Source of the DNA: a virus
IMG/VR virus record: IMGVR_UViG_3300025012_000053
Location: 30,415-94,414 of that record
DNA length: 64,000 nt
Strand: one strand, 5' to 3'
Of the stretch, positions 30,563 through 39,133 are shown one piece after another. A program made the position numbers and the translations under genes. The notes beneath the pieces are model-generated. The model was given only the letters and a program-made list of their open reading frames with translations, was not told the DNA's origin and made no database searches. Position 1 is the stretch's first letter. Every line of letters begins with the position of its first letter.

Positions 30563-31385
30563 TATATATTTTGAGTAAGATTTTTTCCGGCAACTCCCTT
30601 CCATTATATGGTATTGCACGGGATATTGAGGACCTGTATTGTTTTGATATCTCAAGATCCCTGTTATTAGTTTCATAATCCCATGTCATCCACATATCAA
30701 GCCAGTTTTCATCAGGGATCGAGTCTCTTATCACGGCAGAGAACGCGAGGGCTGTAAGATGCTTCCAGTACATCACCTTCTCTGATATAGCAAATCCGAA
30801 ATTATGAACAAAGCTATTGAGGACTTTTATGTTACTTGTCTCTCCATTTCCTTTTGTTACCGGTAATTTTGATAAGTTTGTCATGTTCCAGAATACTACT
30901 CCTGTCCTGGCTGGTCTTTCCGGAATACGAAATAAATGAGTCTTCCATAACTCTACCTGTTTTGTCTTCGCGGATTGATATCCTTTCTCGATAAACTCAT
31001 TAAAGGATGCTTCAACCTGGTCCTTTCGAAATACATGATCAACTTCCGGGATAATAAATATATCAGGTTTGCCATGATTGGGAATGACATAGTTGTTTAT
31101 AAGTGTGGTGTAAAGATTCCAGGGTACGGAATAAGGATTCATCTCTTTAGTCTGCTCGATAAGGATTATCTTCGAATTATTAAGATCCCTGATCTTTTGA
31201 ACCACGTCATCAAACTTCTCAGGAAACTTAATCTTTACACCTTTATATATACACTCAGATACATTTCCCCAGGGTTTGTTTGTCCAGAATACAAATATTC
31301 TATCAACGTGATCAATGATCGATAATATAGATTCCTGAATGTAATCTTCCCCATAGAGACACCGGTAGACCGCGTATGTTATCAT
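30516..31385 (-). CDS. GT-A fold glycosyltransferase-like protein
   Basis: YGEDYIQESILSIIDHVDRIFV N-terminus; EVD in place of DxD; HNFGFA. Confidence 0.65.
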   Translation of the reverse strand: MITYAVYRCLYGEDYIQESILSIIDHVDRIFVFWTNKPWGNVSECIYKGVKIKFPEKFDDVVQKIRDLNNSKIILIEQTKEMNPYSVPWNLYTTLINNYVIPNHGKPDIFIIPEVDHVFRKDQVEASFNEFIEKGYQSAKTKQVELWKTHLFRIPERPARTGVVFWNMTNLSKLPVTKGNGETSNIKVLNSFVHNFGFAISEKVMYWKHLTALAFSAVIRDSIPDENWLDMWMTWDYETNNRDLEISKQYRSSISRAIPYNGRELPEKILLKIYNETNPSDIAAFFEQT

Positions 31386-31603
31386 ATCTTAAACCTGTCA
31401 AGTTTCTCCTGCAGTTCCTTTATCCTATCCTTAAGCTGGCCAATAACCATTATAAGTACAAATATTGTCATCCCGGATACAAGTAACCAGTGACCAATTC
31501 TTGGTATACCAAGGAACCAAAGTAACCAGGCAAGAATGGTTGTTAGCCAGATAATAGTTGAAGTCATATTTTCTTTTAAATAACGTAAAATAATGTTTGT
31601 CAT
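31382..31603 (-). CDS. small membrane protein (2 TM)
   Basis: Two hydrophobic stretches; ATGA overlaps with both neighbours. Confidence 0.6.
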   Translation of the reverse strand: MTNIILRYLKENMTSTIIWLTTILAWLLWFLGIPRIGHWLLVSGMTIFVLIMVIGQLKDRIKELQEKLDRFKI

Positions 31604-32349
31604 TTTGCTGTGTTTTTAAGGTTTAAGTATTTCTCGATTCTCTCCGTGATCATTTCTGCTGTAGCCATCCGGTTCTTATCGGATAACTTGAATACTGTTG
31701 TATCTACATTATGAGTATCATTGTTTCTCCACTGCATGTAGGTATTGTCTCTTGGTGAACTGCCATTACTGAAATGAAGATGTTTTATTACTACCTCAGG
31801 AATATACTTTGTTACTCCTGTTTTTTTTGCAATATCGAACACCCAGGTATCATGATAGAAGAAATGGAAGCAATCAGGAACGAAATATCCCAGGGCCCCG
31901 ACCCAATGTTTTGTAACTATAGGAAACGCACAATGCTTTTCACCATTTATACTATCATCAAAATAATAACAGAAAAATGGATGTTCTGCTGCCATCAGTC
32001 TTTCTTCAAGGATAATATCCCAATCAGGTGTGATATAAACAAGATCATCATTTCCCATTATAAATACATCAGGACTATCGTTCCATGCTTTCATTCTGGC
32101 CAGTTCATTCCAGATCTTACCTATCGGCCGGCGTTCCTCTTCAATCATGGTCATTATAATATTGTCATGACTATGATCCTGCATCATACGAAGTATATCA
32201 TAATAGTCTTTTTTCCCTGGATCATCTGAATCTATTCCAAACAGGAAATAGATTTTATTTTGCCGGCTTACAGTCTTATTAATACTGTCAAAAAACCTGT
32301 AAAGCTCTTTTGGTCTTTGTCTTGTTGGTGTAAGGATAGCTATCTTCAT
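31600..32349 (-). CDS. glycosyltransferase family 2-like
   Basis: MKIAILTPTRQRP, IDSDD, MGNDD, HFFYHDTW, IKHLH. Confidence 0.8.
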   Translation of the reverse strand: MKIAILTPTRQRPKELYRFFDSINKTVSRQNKIYFLFGIDSDDPGKKDYYDILRMMQDHSHDNIIMTMIEEERRPIGKIWNELARMKAWNDSPDVFIMGNDDLVYITPDWDIILEERLMAAEHPFFCYYFDDSINGEKHCAFPIVTKHWVGALGYFVPDCFHFFYHDTWVFDIAKKTGVTKYIPEVVIKHLHFSNGSSPRDNTYMQWRNNDTHNVDTTVFKLSDKNRMATAEMITERIEKYLNLKNTAK

Positions 32350-32654
32350 ATTTTTTTCATTATTAAATTCTTAAATATTATAACTTTCTCAGCAGTATAT
32401 GGAGTCCTGAAACTTGTACCAAAAGCATAGAATATAATATCTCTTGTCATAGTGTCATCATCTATATCCGGGTCAACCCAAAAAGCGCCGATCTCATTTT
32501 CATCAATATATAAATCAGTAAGTTTCTCTTTAACATCAAGATCTGCTTTTGTGACTTTGTTTTTCTCAAAGCCCATAGTCTCATTTTCATCCAGAAGTTT
32601 CTGTATCTTTTCTTTCTTTGAAGTATCGACAATATATATCTGTAGTAGTATCAT
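32346..32654 (-). CDS. hypothetical protein
   Basis: 102 aa ORF with ATGA-coupled overlaps. Confidence 0.6.
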   Translation of the reverse strand: MILLQIYIVDTSKKEKIQKLLDENETMGFEKNKVTKADLDVKEKLTDLYIDENEIGAFWVDPDIDDDTMTRDIIFYAFGTSFRTPYTAEKVIIFKNLIMKKI

Positions 32655-32929
32655 TTAATATAATATTTTGCATATTCATCAATCGCTTTATTGAAATTGA
32701 TCAATCCCTGTTTTCCAGTAAACATTATATAAACTCTATCTGAAACTACAGGATCACAACCAATATAATAATTATCTCTTATTGTAGATAACTTGTTCTT
32801 CCAATTGATAGGTTGTACAAGTTGCATAGGGGCAAGTTTGACAGGTTCTTCTGGAATAAGTAGTTTTGGTGCAATAACACCAGCTGCTACAACTGCAGGG
32901 ATTAACCTGAGAAATTTTCGTCTATCCAT
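32651..32929 (-). CDS. small protein with Tat-like signal and a capsid-like peptide
   Basis: MDRRKFL twin-arginine motif; C-terminal 22 aa are 13/22 identical to a segment of this phage's MCP. Confidence 0.65.
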   Translation of the reverse strand: MDRRKFLRLIPAVVAAGVIAPKLLIPEEPVKLAPMQLVQPINWKNKLSTIRDNYYIGCDPVVSDRVYIMFTGKQGLINFNKAIDEYAKYYIK

Positions 32930-33305
32930 AAATTAATGAAATATCATATATCCCTAATTCTCTCCTTTTTTTTATTATCTCACCTATTTCGATAGGCAGA
33001 TACGCAGTTATTTCTGTAGACATCATAAAGTCATAAAAAACTTCTCGTGGTAAATATTCAGCAAAATGAAACATTATATCAGTACATCGTTTTGACCATA
33101 TAAAACATTCATTTAATTCTTTTCTGAATCGTTGTCTTTCGATATTTCTCTGTCTGAATTCTTCATGTATTTTTTCTCTGTTCGATTCAATCTCAGACAT
33201 ACATTCACGATATTCTTTGTCTGATTTAATATTATTATTCATATCACTCCATTTAATATAAAAATAGATTGCAACGAATATTGGTAATAAATATAATATT
33301 TCCAT
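32922..33305 (-). CDS. hypothetical protein with N-terminal TM helix
   Basis: MEILYLLPIFVAIYFYIKW. Confidence 0.55.
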   Translation of the reverse strand: MEILYLLPIFVAIYFYIKWSDMNNNIKSDKEYRECMSEIESNREKIHEEFRQRNIERQRFRKELNECFIWSKRCTDIMFHFAEYLPREVFYDFMMSTEITAYLPIEIGEIIKKRRELGIYDISLIYG

Positions 33306-33506
33306 TTAACTCATTGAATAATTAAAGATTCTTTTCTTTCCGCTTCTTCTCCTTCTGATAGTAGTTCCATTATGAATGATACTATAGAGGTTATCATTAT
33401 GATCGAAATAAGATATAGAAGTTGCAATAAGATTCATAAACTGAATCTCCTCTACACACTGATAATAGTACTGTCCTGCCTCTTCTATGTAATCAATCCT
33501 TATCAT
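33306..33506 (-). CDS. hypothetical protein
   Basis: 66 aa ORF in operon. Confidence 0.5.
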   Translation of the reverse strand: MIRIDYIEEAGQYYYQCVEEIQFMNLIATSISYFDHNDNLYSIIHNGTTIRRRRSGKKRIFNYSMS

Positions 33507-33856
33507 TTTACTTCTTTAAAAAAATCATCAAATCCACTACCATCTCTCTTATCCGGCTGCCTGGTTTCTCTCCGGACTTTAACTTGCTCAGATTGCTTTA
33601 TATGTTCAATAGGTCCGGTATTATCGTTACTTCTTACTTCTCGTCTTTCGATTCGTCCGACTTTCTGTATTCGTTGTTTTCCCCGGACCAGATCTGAACA
33701 TCCACAGATTACCGATTCATCAACATAGAGTACATTACCATTAATGAACCAACCTCGTATCTTGTTATACGATATACCTGAAAACTCTTCCAGGGCACGG
33801 ATGTTTGTGCTCTGGATGAATCTCCGGGTTTGTATTTCGTAGTAAAAAAATGTCAT
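33503..33856 (-). CDS. putative HTH DNA-binding protein
   Basis: NIRALEEFSGISYNKIRGWF HTH-like segment. Confidence 0.45.
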   Translation of the reverse strand: MTFFYYEIQTRRFIQSTNIRALEEFSGISYNKIRGWFINGNVLYVDESVICGCSDLVRGKQRIQKVGRIERREVRSNDNTGPIEHIKQSEQVKVRRETRQPDKRDGSGFDDFFKEVK

Positions 33857-34434
33857 TATTTTTTCTTTTTGTCTGTCTTTTCTTTTCCGAATACATTATC
33901 AAGGAATTCTTCGTTGCCGGCCATCTGATTCCATATCTCAGTCTTTTCATAATCAGGTATATCCTTAATCTTACAAAGCCTTAACTGCTTATCAATGTAA
34001 GTAAAGAAGTAATATCGGCCCTTGTATGCAAGTCGCGCAGTGAACTTCTCATCCAGGTTCATCTCTACCAGTCCTCTTTTGATCTTTGCAGCTGTATCCT
34101 TTACATTCTGTACTGTTACATTGTAAGCTTCAAGAGCCCGCTTCTGATTCTCCTTAGCTGCTGATAATTCCAGTTCGGCTTTTGATAATGCTTCACCAAA
34201 CTTAGGAAGAACATCTTCGAGTATCTCTGTATAGTTCCTTCTTAATTCAACCTTCTCATGAGTATCCATTAACCGGTTGGTTGTTACCGGTTGATTAAAT
34301 GAAGTGAAATGAGTACCAAGAAACTTTGCAGCTTCATCCCAATCAGGGAATTCTCCAAGAGATTCCGGAACTCCTGTTCCGTCATTTGAAATAGCAAACT
34401 CAATGTTTACAGGGCGATAGAATTCTTCTTTCAT
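33856..34434 (-). CDS. hypothetical protein (coiled coil; Bacteroidota phage-type)
   Basis: 192 aa ORF in operon. Confidence 0.6.
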   Translation of the reverse strand: MKEEFYRPVNIEFAISNDGTGVPESLGEFPDWDEAAKFLGTHFTSFNQPVTTNRLMDTHEKVELRRNYTEILEDVLPKFGEALSKAELELSAAKENQKRALEAYNVTVQNVKDTAAKIKRGLVEMNLDEKFTARLAYKGRYYFFTYIDKQLRLCKIKDIPDYEKTEIWNQMAGNEEFLDNVFGKEKTDKKKK

Positions 34435-35129
34435 TTTAATAATCGTTTTAAGTTATACTTCTTATCTATTGTAGTGAACATCTTAAGCTGTTCTATAAGT
34501 AACTGTATATTAACAGATGATGGTTCAGGCATATCATTATTACCACTATCAGCACCTATATTGACCTGCTGAGGATGACATACCTTAATAAGCCCAACCA
34601 TTGACTACAAATCAAAGTCCATGATAGGTTCGATAGTTACATATGTCTTAAAGTACTTTGAGATCCTATCCATGGCTCCTGATCTCTGTATAGGTCTGGG
34701 ACAATTTCCCATTATCTCAGGATACCACCTGTTAGTCTCTATTGTAGTACATATCACGGAATTCTTAGGTATCTGACCCAGGTAGTCAAGGATCCTCCCT
34801 GGATTCTTTGTCTGAAATAGATACTTTGCATCATACTTCCTGCAGTGATTGAGAACATCAAGGATGACACATCCTGATACTTCATACGAGAATAGATCAT
34901 TCTGGGCTGCTACAAAGATAAACTGATCACTGGTGAACACATCCTTCATACAAGAGTCATCAAGATGAAGAGGTCCTGAATACTTCTTTGCTATAACAGG
35001 ATATCTCTTTGACAGCTTATAAGTACTACAATAAGTACACTTATGAGAACATTCTCCGGCAAGAGGGTTCCAGGTATGAGTTATAAATTGGTACATGTTA
35101 GATCCTGGTTTGACTTTATTTAGTGCCAT
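34431..35129 (-). pseudogene. DUF5131/Gp37-Gp68-type radical-SAM-like protein interrupted by an in-frame TAG at 34605-34607
   Basis: TWNPLAGECSHKCTYC, FQTKNP, VTIEPI; the frame continues past TAG as SMVGLIKVCHPQQVNIGADSGNNDMPEP...KRLLK to a TGA overlapping the next ATG. Confidence 0.75.
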
Positions 35130-35286
35130 CTTGTTCTTTTTGTATGTTCCATTTATAATCGTGTTCAGGTAATTCTTTTGGCGGAATAGAATTCTTATTA
35201 AAATAACTTGCAATATATATCATTGCTTGGTTATACATATTATAATAAGGTATCATTAATTCAATGATGGATCTTTTCTTTTTCAT
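35116..35286 (-). CDS. small hypothetical protein (56 aa)
   Basis: MKKKRSIIELMIPYY...; fills the gap with overlaps at both ends. Confidence 0.5.
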   Translation of the reverse strand: MKKKRSIIELMIPYYNMYNQAMIYIASYFNKNSIPPKELPEHDYKWNIQKEQDGTK

Positions 35287-35596
35287 AATCCTATTCCTAA
35301 TCGTTTAAGTTCATTCTCCTGGTTCTCGTCCAGCAGTTGACAAATAGGTCTGCCACTTTCAGCCTCAACAGCATTCTTATTAAACTTCCAGAAGAGAAGT
35401 ATCTTATATGCTTCTATGTTGTGTCTTACAACAGCTCCTGACATATCATGCCAGGGCTCCTTATACTCTTCCTTCGTGATAACTGGTATTAAGTACCACT
35501 TACCAAAGCGCTTCCTTACATAAGAGGTGATTGTAACCTGGCCACTTTTGGTTTAATCAGGATCTTATGAAGTTCTTCTTTTGTAATCTTTGCCAT
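35283..35596 (-). pseudogene. hypothetical gene with a 1-nt frameshift near 35550
   Basis: MAKITKEELHKILIK then, in a shifted frame, TKSGQVTITSYVRKRFGKWY...GIGL*; the 314-nt span is one base short of 105 codons. Confidence 0.55.
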
Positions 35597-35630
35597 AACT
35601 TTACACTATGTATTTTTTAATTCATCAATA

Positions 35631-35638
35631 CAAAGATA
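35631..35638 (-). promoter_or_regulatory. Bacteroidota -7 element TATCTTTG driving the leftward operon
   Basis: TAnnTTTG consensus about 35 nt upstream of ATG 35596. Confidence 0.55.
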
Positions 35639-35853
35639 AAACAGAAAATAACAATTTACGGCATGTAAAATGATAAACTTATCAACACACGGCATGTAAA
35701 GTAACATTCCCCTGTACATAAGAGCACCCACCCCTTTATCTGTAAACCCCCGCCGTCTTCAGCTGGTCCCAAAAACACCCCCACCCCACCCTTATTAACA
35801 ATAATTTACAGACCGTAAAGTTATCATTACATTAATTTACACCACGTTAAATG

Positions 35854-35881
35854 AAAAAACCCTTCCATTTCTGAAAGGGTT
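35854..35881 (-). terminator. intrinsic terminator
   Basis: AACCCTT/AAGGGTT stem plus T-run on the minus strand after the 35901..36224 gene. Confidence 0.55.
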
Positions 35882-35900
35882 AGAAACAGTCTTTTAATGA

Positions 35901-36224
35901 TTATTCTTCAAAGAAACAAAAAAACACATCTACCGTTTTTCCATTATCCATGATATAACACTCTGCTTTTGGCAAAATAAGTAAGTCGTTTTTTAAACAA
36001 CGATCTTCATCATATATATTAACTTCGGAGACAGTAAATTTCTGTGTACCTGAAGTTTCTACCATATCGCCAAGAATCCAGGTATCTGAATTCTTTTCTT
36101 TTGTCTTAGCGGCAATACAATGATCGGAACTAAAATATTCCTTATGAACAATTGAATCCCCATTTAGAATGTGGGTTTCTGCCTGACCTTCAAGGTCTGT
36201 AGTGACTACTTTTAATGTTAACAT
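35901..36224 (-). CDS. stand-alone hypothetical protein (moron-like)
   Basis: 107 aa; own TATCTTTG promoter at 36278-36285 and own terminator. Confidence 0.65.
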   Translation of the reverse strand: MLTLKVVTTDLEGQAETHILNGDSIVHKEYFSSDHCIAAKTKEKNSDTWILGDMVETSGTQKFTVSEVNIYDEDRCLKNDLLILPKAECYIMDNGKTVDVFFCFFEE

Positions 36225-36579
36225 GATTTCTGATTTTTAATGATTACTACTAATTCTATTTCGACTGCTTCTAAATACAAAGATAAACAATTAATCCAAA
36301 TAACATTCAATGGCTCCGCGCACATTACACCCCAAACAAGCCGATAAAAACCACTCCCCTATACCTCATGCGACCAGAGAAGCCCCAGGGGGCAACCATC
36401 CTCAAAAAACCAGATGAACGACCTGGATCAATCCCGGGGATATATCAGAACACGCGTAATGCCTCACCAAACCCCGGTATGTCTCTGCTCCGCAGGGCCT
36501 CCCCCGTGGTGCTTCCGCAGGACTCTTCCAAACGGAATATAGATATGGAGGAAAATAATTAAACCAATACATTATTATT

Positions 36580-37011
36580 ATGAATGAAGTTAGTATTAGC
36601 AACTTTGCTAAAGGTATGACAAGTTCACCAATAGGACAAAGGACTGTTTTACCACAGGGAACTCATTACAGGTTTGAGAAGAAAAACAATGATTATAATA
36701 TCATTGTGGAAATTGCACCTAAAGTATGGCAGGCCGTTAAAGATAGTAACGGCAAATTTACTTACTTTGATGCTGTCAGTAAGTCAGAGAAACCAATTCC
36801 AACGGATTCACGTTGGATAATGCTTAACACCGGGTTTGAACAGACAACAAAGAAAACCATTGATACTTCAGTAACTTTGGATTTCAAAGATGTACCGCTC
36901 AAATCAGTGTTAAGAATGAAAGTTACCAATGACAAAGGTTATTCAAGTCTTGATCTTGTACCTTTGACAACTAAGGAACTGAAAGCACTGACGGCAACAG
37001 AGATTAATTAA
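36580..37011 (+). CDS. hypothetical protein, first rightward gene
   Basis: 143 aa; followed by a terminator. Confidence 0.7.
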   Translation: MNEVSISNFAKGMTSSPIGQRTVLPQGTHYRFEKKNNDYNIIVEIAPKVWQAVKDSNGKFTYFDAVSKSEKPIPTDSRWIMLNTGFEQTTKKTIDTSVTLDFKDVPLKSVLRMKVTNDKGYSSLDLVPLTTKELKALTATEIN

Positions 37012-37015
37012 GAAG

Positions 37016-37037
37016 AGGGGAGAAATCCCCTTTTTTT
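37016..37037 (+). terminator. intrinsic terminator
   Basis: AGGGGA-GAAA-TCCCCT followed by T-run. Confidence 0.75.
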
Positions 37038-37252
37038 ATATTATCAGCTGCTTAAGGTTAATTTACATGCCGTAAAGTTATTATTGCATTAATTTACACT
37101 ACGTAAAGTGATATTGTCTCTAATATAATATTAAGGTATACCTTATTATATATAGGTGTGCTTTTTTATTACTATTACTGCTCAAGGCTGATAATGTCAC
37201 TTTACACTGTGTATTTTAATATTATTGTTAATTTACACGGTGTATTGTGATA

Positions 37253-37444
37253 TTAACTAATAATACAAACTATACCTATATATATAGGATATAATTCAGG
37301 ATTGTCTTTTATTAATTGATCCAATTCTGTTTGATTAAGAATTTCCTTTTCAATTAATATACCCTGTTGATTATCAATAAGAATAATATATTTTCTTTCA
37401 ATAATCAATGTTTTCTTTCCTTGTAATAAGCTTTTTGTTTCCAT
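37253..37444 (-). CDS. small hypothetical protein
   Basis: 63 aa; TATCTTTG promoter at 37464-37471. Confidence 0.45.
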   Translation of the reverse strand: METKSLLQGKKTLIIERKYIILIDNQQGILIEKEILNQTELDQLIKDNPELYPIYIGIVCIIS

Positions 37445-37463
37445 GATATATAATATTAGAATT

Positions 37464-37512
37464 CAAAGATAATGCTATTTTTTGTTTATACGGTGATTAT
37501 GCATTATATTTG
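37464..37512. promoter_or_regulatory. back-to-back divergent Bacteroidota promoters
   Basis: TATCTTTG on minus (37464-37471) and TATATTTG on plus (37505-37512). Confidence 0.55.
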
Positions 37513-37769
37513 TGCAGTTGGTCATGTTTAATATAATTGAAATGAAGAGAAAAACACATTATTATGTAGTAATAGATCTATATGATCTACGTAAGACTAC
37601 AATAGAACAATCAAAGATTCAAGTATCTGTAATGGTTGGAAAGCATCGTAATACTATTGATTTTGAACAAGATAACATATATGGACACTATCTTGTTCTT
37701 CCCAGATACATAAAAAGTAGATATATTAATCCACCTCCAGGAAGAATACAAAATCTAATACATAAATAA
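37512..37769 (+). CDS. small putative DNA-binding protein (true start probably MKRKTH)
   Basis: SKIQVSVMVGKHRNTI HTH-like segment; lies within the palindrome array. Confidence 0.45.
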   Translation: MQLVMFNIIEMKRKTHYYVVIDLYDLRKTTIEQSKIQVSVMVGKHRNTIDFEQDNIYGHYLVLPRYIKSRYINPPPGRIQNLIHK

Positions 37770-38256
37770 TTATTAACTTTACACTGTGTAAATTTACATA
37801 TACAACAAAATACACTGCGTAAAGTGATAAATAAGCTGGCTTTTTATTTAATAATATTAAGCAATTATTGTCATATAAGCTGTAATATTATTGACTGGTA
37901 AACAGTGCGCAAAGCGCCATTCTACCTACATTTGATGCTTTTAAGCCTCTGAACAGTATATCTGAGATACCATAGAGTGTTATTGGAGATATATACTCTT
38001 TATGTATCTATCATAAGTATATTATGGATAAAAGATGATATTAGTTAAAATATCTACATTTGTTATTAATTACAATCTACGCTCAGATTATGATACCACA
38101 TGATGATCTTATGAGTCCTGAATGAAAAGGGTGCTGTAAAGTCAGGATAGCAGCTAAAAGATAATTCTCATCCAAGAGCCGGTTCAATCAGGGGTTGCAA
38201 CCTTGTGAGTATTATCTTTATTTAGTCAATAGAATATTAACTTAATATTATATGTC

Positions 38257-38466
38257 ATGAAAATTATTGAAATTACTGATGGCTTTCTCAGTGAAGAAAC
38301 TACTCTTAAAGTGGCTATTACTGAGCTTCTTAAGGAAAGACAGGATACATTTAATAAGCTTAAGAAAGCTAATCCTGCTTTTGTTCCTAATCAGCATTTG
38401 TATATGGCTCATATTAAGAACTGTAAATCATTACTTAAAAAATTAAACAATAAATATATGTCATGA
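38257..38466 (+). CDS. hypothetical early protein
   Basis: ORF with ATGA coupling to the next gene. Confidence 0.55.
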   Translation: MKIIEITDGFLSEETTLKVAITELLKERQDTFNKLKKANPAFVPNQHLYMAHIKNCKSLLKKLNNKYMS

Positions 38467-38669
38467 AAAAACCATTTAACTTTCGTAATGTAGATCCAGA
38501 CAGAAAATGTCTCGATTGTAATGTTCCTCTTAAGCTTAATTTGTTATCTAAGAATCCAAATGCCTTAAGATGTTATACTTGTAATACATTGAAATCCAAT
38601 AATCTTAATATTAATCGTATAAGATTGTTAGAAGTTCAAAAACATAATATACTATCTTATAAGCCATGA
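38463..38669 (+). CDS. small zinc-finger protein
   Basis: CLDC...CYTC. Confidence 0.55.
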   Translation: MKKPFNFRNVDPDRKCLDCNVPLKLNLLSKNPNALRCYTCNTLKSNNLNINRIRLLEVQKHNILSYKP

Positions 38670-38878
38670 CTGCTAAAGACATTAAACTTGCTATGAGTTG
38701 TGAGCATAACTATTTATGGTCATGTAAACATAACTCTTCATATGGCCAGGATTGTACCGGACCATGTAAATACTGTACTTCTATTCAGCTCTTTACAGAT
38801 AGTATTATTTGTCCTATATGTGATAATCCTGTTGAATCAGGCTATTGTGTTAATCTTAATTGTGTTAATCATGGCTGA
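38666..38878 (+). CDS. small Cys-rich protein
   Basis: Multiple CxxC motifs. Confidence 0.55.
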   Translation: MTAKDIKLAMSCEHNYLWSCKHNSSYGQDCTGPCKYCTSIQLFTDSIICPICDNPVESGYCVNLNCVNHG

Positions 38879-39110
38879 TATAATCAATAACTTTGATCTA
38901 TTGAATTATGGTAAAGACATAATTCTCTGGCAATCACCCGATAAGCCTCATAAATCTCTTGTTTATCATACTCAGGTTATATTATCCGGAATTAATATTG
39001 TTTCAATGATATCTACATTTAGAGTTATTGATGCCCTGGGAAAGATAAGATATTCAGGATATCATCTTAATCTTGCTGTTCAAGCTTATAATAAGCTTTA
39101 TAATGAGTAA
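38871..39110 (+). CDS. hypothetical protein
   Basis: ORF 38700..39110; likely start MADIINNF at 38871. Confidence 0.5.
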   Translation: MADIINNFDLLNYGKDIILWQSPDKPHKSLVYHTQVILSGINIVSMISTFRVIDALGKIRYSGYHLNLAVQAYNKLYNE

Positions 39111-39133
39111 TTTGTTTATATTATAGATAAATC

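Larger units (their letters stand above)
35600..37823. repeat. array of 15-bp TTTAC-N5-GTAAA palindromes, mostly in pairs 31 bp apart
   Basis: Starts at 35600 (single), 35655/35686, 35805/35836, 37062/37093, 37201/37232, 37778/37809. Confidence 0.85.

Noticed and set aside
36368-36602. ORFs 36368..36562 (+) and 36402..36602 (-)
   Set aside because: They fall in an atypical GC-rich island, with composition unlike the phage's genes; probably non-coding.
35600-37823. CRISPR array interpretation of the repeats
   Set aside because: Units are 15-bp degenerate palindromes in dispersed pairs, not 25-40-bp repeats with regular unique spacers; the Cas4-like gene is a solo phage nuclease.
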